A stretch of 64,000 nt of DNA, from the IMG/VR virus record IMGVR_UViG_2645727712_000001. One strand, 5' to 3'. The stretch comes from an uncultured virus (IMG/VR IMGVR_UViG_2645727712_000001). Its lineage: Duplodnaviria; Heunggongvirae; Uroviricota; Caudoviricetes. The position numbers and the translations under genes were made by a program. The notes under the pieces were generated by a model. The model was given only the letters and a program-made list of their open reading frames with translations. It did not search any database and was not told the origin of the DNA. Positions 58,418 to 64,000 of this stretch are shown one piece after another (the first letter of the stretch is position 1; each line of letters opens with the position of its first letter).

Positions 58418-58460
58418 TTTCACTGGCTGGCCTTCTCACGAGGGCCAGACGGGAAATCAA
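58418..58460 (+). repeat. 43-nt hairpin repeat, copy 1 (copy 2 at 59478-59520)
   Basis: the two copies are identical except for the 6-nt loop. Confidence 0.9.
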
Positions 58461-58482
58461 CCACACATGGATGGATCACCTA

Positions 58483-59265
58483 ATGACTCAACAAACTCTT
58501 CAGGAACTATTGGTCGAGCGCGTCAGCGTCTATGCCCAGTCGGACCGCGCGCGCGAATTGATCGATCAAGGCGTTGAAAGCATGTTCAAGGACGTGGTGA
58601 AGGACACTTTCCGCTCCTATGGCGATTTCGGCAAATCAGTGCAAGAAGCCATCAAAGCCGCTCTGCCAGCCAACGTCACCGACATGTTTGAGCTGCAGCG
58701 TTACAACGCTCTTGTAGCAAACGCACTTCGCGAGCGGTGGGAGGCAGCTGCGGTGCAATCCACCGTGCTGGACCAAGCAGAGAAAGCCATCGCAGAGGTG
58801 ATGGACGGTGAAGGCCTGCTGAGCGGTGAAGTTTCCCTCAAAGGGTTGCTGGACGAGTTCGTTAGCGAGCATCGCGAGAAAGCCGCCGAGGAGCATTGGA
58901 TGAACCCAGAGATCCGCTTCGAAGAAACCATGAGCGGACGGTCAGAGTTCCTCTACATAGGCTTTGATCCAGAGCCAGAGGACAGTCGCGCCATGTCCTC
59001 CTGGCGAACTGACTCGCGGGGAATCCACAGCATGAAGAACTCGCTGCACGTTCACATCGTAGGCTCGCGCAAGCCTGATGAGCCGCACCTCCCGACCATA
59101 CAGGTAGCCGAAGTCCTAAGTGCGAAGTTGGATGACAAACGTATAGCCGTAAACATGCGCATTCGCTCCAAGTGGGAACGCATGTTGGCTTCGCTCTACT
59201 TCGGAAACGCCGTGCTCCTGATCGACTGCGATCCAGACGATTTCAGTTACGGCTTCGACGACTGA
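58483..59265 (+). CDS. phage early hypothetical protein
   Basis: 260-aa ORF, first long gene of the pL operon. Confidence 0.7.
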   Translation: MTQQTLQELLVERVSVYAQSDRARELIDQGVESMFKDVVKDTFRSYGDFGKSVQEAIKAALPANVTDMFELQRYNALVANALRERWEAAAVQSTVLDQAEKAIAEVMDGEGLLSGEVSLKGLLDEFVSEHREKAAEEHWMNPEIRFEETMSGRSEFLYIGFDPEPEDSRAMSSWRTDSRGIHSMKNSLHVHIVGSRKPDEPHLPTIQVAEVLSAKLDDKRIAVNMRIRSKWERMLASLYFGNAVLLIDCDPDDFSYGFDD

Positions 59266-59292
59266 CCCAAACAACACCCAAGGAGTAGGACC

Positions 59293-59472
59293 ATGCTGAT
59301 ACTGACCCGCAAAGTGGGCGAAACCATTGTGATCAACGACACGATTCGAGTCACGGTGCTGCAGGTTAAGGGCAACCAGGTGCGCATAGGTATCGAGGCA
59401 CCGAAGGACGTATCGGTGCACCGCCAAGAGATTCAGGAGCGAATCGCGGCTCAAGCTGAAGTTGCTGCCTGA
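59293..59472 (+). CDS. csrA: CsrA/RsmA-family translational regulator (59 aa)
   Basis: [47 protein letters not shown]; missed by the ORF track. Confidence 0.93.
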   Translation: MLILTRKVGETIVINDTIRVTVLQVKGNQVRIGIEAPKDVSVHRQEIQERIAAQAEVAA

Positions 59473-59535
59473 TTTGATTTCACTGGCTGGCCTTGGCGAC
59501 AGGGCCAGACGGGAAATCAAACCGAGGCCCACATC

Positions 59536-59841
59536 GTGAACAAAGAAGAAATCTATGACGCGCAAATCAGCCCTCTGATGCTACAGATCATCGAGATCTG
59601 CAAGTCAAAAGGCATTGCGATGATAGCCAGTTTCGACATCGGCCATGACGGCGAGGGGCCAAACGGTGAGGACTGCACTGGGCTGCTCTGTTCCAGTCTC
59701 ACCCCGGATGGTGATGGAAATCCTAACCCAGCGTTCCAGCAGGCATTCGGCCTAATCAAGCGGGGACGCTATGCATCTCCTGCACTTCACGTAACCACGC
59801 AGCATGCCGATGGCACACGCACGCTTGCCGCGATCATCTGA
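59536..59841 (+). CDS. phage hypothetical protein
   Basis: KEEIYDAQISPLM.QIIEIC. Confidence 0.7.
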   Translation: MNKEEIYDAQISPLMLQIIEICKSKGIAMIASFDIGHDGEGPNGEDCTGLLCSSLTPDGDGNPNPAFQQAFGLIKRGRYASPALHVTTQHADGTRTLAAII

Positions 59842-59891
59842 TACCAAGACAGCCGGAAAGACGGCCCGATGCCCTGCTTCCCATCGCAGGA

Positions 59892-60053
59892 TGCATTGGA
59901 GATTGATCGGAGCGTGCTCAAGCGAGCTGCAGCGCTAGGATCGCAAAGACCCGTGAACCTCCTGTGCCGGTATATGCGAGACGGCCAATACCAGAAATGC
60001 GGCGGGAACCAAGCAGGAGTAGCGCCCTGGTGTTCCGATCAATCTCCGATGCA
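59892..60053 (+). ncRNA. putative structured RNA closed by a 22-bp stem
   Basis: inverted repeat whose only two mismatches are G-U pairs on the plus strand; internal stems. Confidence 0.55.
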
Positions 60054-60238
60054 GACAAATCGTAAAACGCATCACTGTGGTCCTTATAAATCGTAAGGCT
60101 CATCCAGCCGAACTTTATCGGCATCCCCTTCCCTTCACATACGATCGCATTGGCAGGCGCCAGGCCCGCGCTTCTCGGCTGCGCGTGGGATTGGTCACCC
60201 GCCCTGACGCCTGACCAATGCGGTTGCTGAGGACAATC

Positions 60239-60622
60239 ATGGAAACGATCACCTGCGGCTCATGGACCGGCCAGCTCGGCAAGACGCTGGCACCTCGCGA
60301 GCTGGAAGCACTGCTCTGGGTTGCCCAGGGCCTGACCACCAAAGAGATCGCGCGGCAGATGGCGGTCACCCCTGGCACCGTGGCCAACCGTATCGAGGCT
60401 GCGCTGTTCAAGCTGGAAGCCGGGCGCCGCATCGAGGCGGTCACCAAGGCCATGCGCCAGCAGATCATCAGCCCGCTCTGCATCGTGCTGGCAGGCCTAA
60501 TCGCAATGCACTCCGTCATCAACGACAGCGACCCCATGCGCCGCGATCGCCGCGCACCTGAGCGTCGCGCCGCCCAAGTTCGAATCGTTCGCAAGGCCGA
60601 GGCCTTCGAGCTCCACGCCTGA
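60239..60622 (+). CDS. LuxR-type HTH regulator
   Basis: LAPRELEALLWVAQGLTTKEIA...TV. Confidence 0.85.
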   Translation: METITCGSWTGQLGKTLAPRELEALLWVAQGLTTKEIARQMAVTPGTVANRIEAALFKLEAGRRIEAVTKAMRQQIISPLCIVLAGLIAMHSVINDSDPMRRDRRAPERRAAQVRIVRKAEAFELHA

Positions 60623-60641
60623 TTCCACCAAGGATCGCCCC

Positions 60642-60911
60642 ATGCAAACAGCAATGCATCCCGCTTTCGCGGAGAAACTTGCCGTGCTCGCAGCACTGCT
60701 TGAGCGCAGTCAGTCGGCACGGGCCGAAGCCCACAACAAGATCGGCCAGCCCGCTCCGCGCTATCAGGCCAGCGGCAAGAGCGGCGCTTGGGATGTGGTC
60801 GAGATCGCAACCGGTGCGGTGCAAGGCTTCGCCTATAGCTACAAGGCGGCGATGCGGTTTGTCGATGCGTGCGAAGCTGGGGCGGCCACCAAAACAGGCG
60901 CGCGGCAATGA
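60642..60911 (+). CDS. phage hypothetical protein
   Basis: AAGGA RBS, operon context. Confidence 0.65.
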   Translation: MQTAMHPAFAEKLAVLAALLERSQSARAEAHNKIGQPAPRYQASGKSGAWDVVEIATGAVQGFAYSYKAAMRFVDACEAGAATKTGARQ

Positions 60912-61366
60912 GCAAGCGCAAGCCCCACAACATGAGGGCCCGCCTTGAACGGACGTGCCGGGCCCTGGTCTCGGCCAACCACGCGGCCGTGGTCAACATC
61001 GACCCAAGCGGACAGCAGGTGCTGGTCAACTGGAAAAACCTAAAACAGATCTGCGTGCGGCAAGTCGTCGACGCAGTCTGCGCCATCCCCCACCGCTGGA
61101 CCATCTACCTCAGCGTGCTGTGCCGGACGGAGTTCGGAGAGCGCTATCACAAGTCGATCGAAGTCGCGCCACAGGGCAACTACCGCGCCGAGCACCTGAC
61201 CGACGTGATTGAGGCGGCCTACACAGACCTGCGGGCCACGGCCAATCCTAATCACCTGGTGGCAGCCGGCTGGATCGCCATCCCAACCGACACAACGCTC
61301 GACGAAGCAGAGGCCGCAAAGATCTTTGCCGCTGTCGGCGCCTGGAGTCAGCAGAAAGCAGCATGA
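60908..61366 (+). CDS. phage hypothetical protein
   Basis: ATGA overlap; MSKRKPHNMRARL. Confidence 0.65.
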   Translation: MSKRKPHNMRARLERTCRALVSANHAAVVNIDPSGQQVLVNWKNLKQICVRQVVDAVCAIPHRWTIYLSVLCRTEFGERYHKSIEVAPQGNYRAEHLTDVIEAAYTDLRATANPNHLVAAGWIAIPTDTTLDEAEAAKIFAAVGAWSQQKAA

Positions 61367-61454
61367 AGCGCATCACCTCACGCGTTCGGCACGGCCGGCG
61401 CCAGCAGTACATCAACCTGCCGCCCAGCGGCCTTGTCCTCTCGGAGCATCAGCA

Positions 61455-61802
61455 ATGCCAAAACCTACAGACACTACCGAGTTCCTGCAGGAGCTCAACG
61501 GCGGCGCATTCGCCAGCCAGATCGGCCACGCCCTCTCAGAAGTAGCCGCCGGCGTGGTCGATCACGGCAAGGCCGGCAAGATCACCATCACGCTGGATTT
61601 CAGCCAGATCGGTGACTCCCACCAGGTGAAGATCAAGCACAAGCTGGCCTACAAGGTGCCCACCAAACGCGGTGATCGCAGCGAAAACACCAGCTTGGAC
61701 ACGCCGATGTATGTCGGTACCGGGGGCAACATTTCCCTGTTCCCCGAGAAACACGACCAGCTCTTCAACCGTGATGAAGCTCCGGTCCATCCACGCACCT
61801 GA
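61455..61802 (+). CDS. YfdP-like phage protein
   Basis: FLQELNGGAF...GKITITL...TPMYV; precedes a YfdQ-like gene. Confidence 0.75.
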   Translation: MPKPTDTTEFLQELNGGAFASQIGHALSEVAAGVVDHGKAGKITITLDFSQIGDSHQVKIKHKLAYKVPTKRGDRSENTSLDTPMYVGTGGNISLFPEKHDQLFNRDEAPVHPRT

Positions 61803-61825
61803 TCCCCACAGCAAGGAACCAACGC

Positions 61826-62641
61826 ATGTCCCTTACCAAAGACGCTCTGCAACTGATCACTGATACCGCCTTGGCTGCTGCTGGCAAAGAGCTGCCCACC
61901 AACACCCCCACCGCAATTGTTCCGGACAGCTCGACGGTTATCGACCTGGAACGCTTCCAGCTCCACCGCTCTCGCTTCCGTGGCACCTACTCCACTCACT
62001 CCCTGGTCGACTTCGGCGCATATGTGGTCGAACGCGCAGCCCCAGACGCCCGCGGTTTCATCGATCAGGACGCTATGACGTGCGTGGTGCTGTTCAACCT
62101 GGGCACGCCGGACGAACCAGGCCACGCTGACGACCGTGCGGTGCTGAGACTAAAGCCTTCGGCCGCATTTGCCGCCGTACAGGCCATCTGTTGTCAGGCT
62201 CTGGTGCAGAAAGCCATGAGCGACTGGATCGAGGACTGGTACCAGCACTTGGTCGCTACCGACGAGAACGGCGCCGTAATGAGCATCGCCAAGGCAATCG
62301 CAGCCGTGCGCACCATCACCGTCAAGGCGTCGTCCGAGAGCGATCACGCGGTCAGCGAAACTCGCGCCAGCCGCAGCGCCATGGACTCGATCGAGGCCAG
62401 CAGCAAGGAAACCCTCCCGGCCTGGCTCGACTTCAAGGTCGTCCCTTTCGAAGGCCTGGGCGAGCAGACCATTCGCCTGCGCATGTCGGTCATCACCAGC
62501 GGTTCGCAGCCGCAGCTAAAGTTGCGCTGGCTTGGCGAGGAAGCACAGCGCGAGGCGATCGCGCAGGAGTTCAAAGCTGTCCTTGATAGTAGGGTCGGCG
62601 CCGCCGCTAAACTCTCGTTGGGCACTTTCGACGCTAAGTAA
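61826..62641 (+). CDS. YfdQ/DUF2303-like phage protein
   Basis: RFRGTYST, FNLGT...PGHAD, WIEDW, PFEGL. Confidence 0.8.
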   Translation: MSLTKDALQLITDTALAAAGKELPTNTPTAIVPDSSTVIDLERFQLHRSRFRGTYSTHSLVDFGAYVVERAAPDARGFIDQDAMTCVVLFNLGTPDEPGHADDRAVLRLKPSAAFAAVQAICCQALVQKAMSDWIEDWYQHLVATDENGAVMSIAKAIAAVRTITVKASSESDHAVSETRASRSAMDSIEASSKETLPAWLDFKVVPFEGLGEQTIRLRMSVITSGSQPQLKLRWLGEEAQREAIAQEFKAVLDSRVGAAAKLSLGTFDAK

Positions 62642-62746
62642 ATGAGTTCAGCGCCACATCCTGCAGCTGTGACCTGTGGCGCTAGACCAATCGGATAGCA
62701 TGTCAAAGATTAATCAGGATCCTGTGGTGAAGTCGCACATCAGAGT

Positions 62747-62878
62747 CTATGACCCTTTCTTAGGAGGTTGGACTTTCGGCATTGGGAGGGTATTCTGGAC
62801 GGGTGGCAACCCCCGATCATTTGTATGGATGGGCCGGCTAGGCGCGGGGGTAGCGGGTCTCTGGTTTTTTTCACTCAT
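62747..62878 (-). CDS. Pro-rich peptide (43 aa)
   Basis: ATG overlaps the end of the upstream gene; MSEKNQRPATPAP...PMPKVQPPKKGS. Confidence 0.55.
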   Translation of the reverse strand: MSEKNQRPATPAPSRPIHTNDRGLPPVQNTLPMPKVQPPKKGS

Positions 62879-63374
62879 AATTAAGCTCCGGGTAATGACT
62901 TTTGAAATACTTGCGCATCTGATCTTCAGCCTTCTGCATTAATTTCGGACAATCCGGCAATACCATGCCGGCAAAAGCTGATTTCATGACTGCCGATTTT
63001 TTTTTGCGAATCGCAAAGCGCCTGTCATTAATTTCACGCTCGGTAAGTTCACCACTCGCCACTTCGAACCATCCTCGCTCGGCTTCATCAGCCAGAACAG
63101 ATAGCTCAACTCCAGCCGCACTCAATGGTTTGATCCGCGACTTGAAGGGCAGAAACCTATAGACGACCGAAACGACCTGACTGAACATGATCAGGAGCCC
63201 CCAAACAAAGGCATACTCTTTCCATATGGCCCAACCTCCAATACTACCCGAGGAAAGTATAGCTAAAATGATGTTGATGCCGCGTTCGGCACCTTCGGAT
63301 TTAAGCTGATAGAGCTCCAGGTAGTAGACGTGCGCTTTGAGTGCCTGAAGCTCGACCCAATACTGCGACTGCAT
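62871..63374 (-). CDS. 2-TM protein, SLATT-like
   Basis: helix-TM-TM-helix architecture, antisense to the operon, GGAGAGG RBS. Confidence 0.6.
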   Translation of the reverse strand: MQSQYWVELQALKAHVYYLELYQLKSEGAERGINIILAILSSGSIGGWAIWKEYAFVWGLLIMFSQVVSVVYRFLPFKSRIKPLSAAGVELSVLADEAERGWFEVASGELTEREINDRRFAIRKKKSAVMKSAFAGMVLPDCPKLMQKAEDQMRKYFKSHYPELNYE

Positions 63375-63451
63375 CGTCCTCTCCAATCTTCGGCACCATG
63401 CCGGTCATCCGTAATACCCCATCCCAAGCCAAATTGCCACCATACAAACGG

Positions 63452-63670
63452 TCAGCTCGGTGGGTTCTTTTGGGAGTGAAACGGCGCGAAGGTCATGCCG
63501 AAAAACCAACCTCCGATCATTGCCAGCCATATCGACTTGTACCCGTCTACGTTGTAGGCAAGCCAGTAGTTGGCCGCCGTAATGACAACGAACACTGAGA
63601 AAAACTGCTTACGGGAATACCTGCTCAGGTAGCGGGTTGCTGAGGCTTCGAGGTCCTTGAGCTTCTTCAC
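63452..63670 (-). CDS. small 2-TM protein
   Basis: 72-aa ORF with two hydrophobic segments, AAGGA RBS. Confidence 0.55.
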   Translation of the reverse strand: MKKLKDLEASATRYLSRYSRKQFFSVFVVITAANYWLAYNVDGYKSIWLAMIGGWFFGMTFAPFHSQKNPPS

Positions 63671-63771
63671 TGCGACTCATCCTTGAAAAGACCCCGCAAT
63701 CGTACCCTATCGCCCCATTTACACACCATGCCGCCACTAGCACGGAGGGCGGCTCATGCATGGAGAAAGCC

Positions 63772-64000
63772 ATGAACGTCGAGACATCGACAGTCACCAA
63801 GCTGCTGATCACTGAGGTTCAGGGCCTGGACCCGATCAGCGTTTACCTCGAAGACCTGGCGCCCTGCAAAGGCAAGATCACCGTCAGCTGATACGACAAG
63901 ACCTGGCACGCCTACTGGGGCGGCATGTGGGATGGCCTGACCATCGGCCAGTTCTTCTGCAAGCTGCACGACGCCTACATCATCGGTTACTTTGACCGGT
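63772..64000 (+). pseudogene. phage protein with an in-frame TGA at 63889
   Basis: LDPISVYLED...GKITVS*YDKTWHAYWGGM stays open after the stop. Confidence 0.6.

Larger units (their letters stand above)
16912..64000. mobile_element. lambdoid prophage, continuing beyond the window
   Basis: ordered lysis, tail, head, terminase, Q, replication, immunity and early-left modules; left boundary inferred from the att core. Confidence 0.9.

Noticed and set aside
58418..59520. CRISPR array
   Set aside because: Only two repeats, about 1 kb apart, with genes between them; no cas genes
59892..60053. Retron msr-msd or hammerhead ribozyme
   Set aside because: No reverse transcriptase in the window and no CUGANGA core

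Overview
Pseudomonas-type (putida-group-like) sequence in two parts. (1) About 1-16.9 kb is an accessory graveyard: many small membrane and lipoprotein genes, an intact arsRBCH operon beside an IS66 relic, GNAT/VOC/NIPSNAP genes, and decayed prophage pieces including two related integrase 3' remnants. (2) About 16.9-64 kb is most of a lambdoid (HK97-like head, lambda-like tail) prophage that runs off the right edge. On the minus strand are spanins/endolysin, tail, head, terminase, Q, nin and replication genes. The cro/cI switch is at 55.4-56.5 kb and a plus-strand early-left operon follows. A 30-bp copy of what I recognise as the 5' end of the ABC-F gene ybiT (16912-16941) is the likely left att site. 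The prophage cargo is the interesting part: a stand-alone NACHT NTPase; a cytoplasmic TIR domain fused to an RsiV/DUF3298-like (lysozyme-binding family) domain, which is the best candidate for an undescribed anti-phage sensor-effector; small CDxxPxNQPGCY lipoproteins; PagL; a VasI/TagO-like exported protein; a CsrA homolog downstream of a highly structured GGA-rich leader; and a SLATT-like membrane protein with a proline-rich partner peptide. All family assignments are by motif recognition only; no database search was run.
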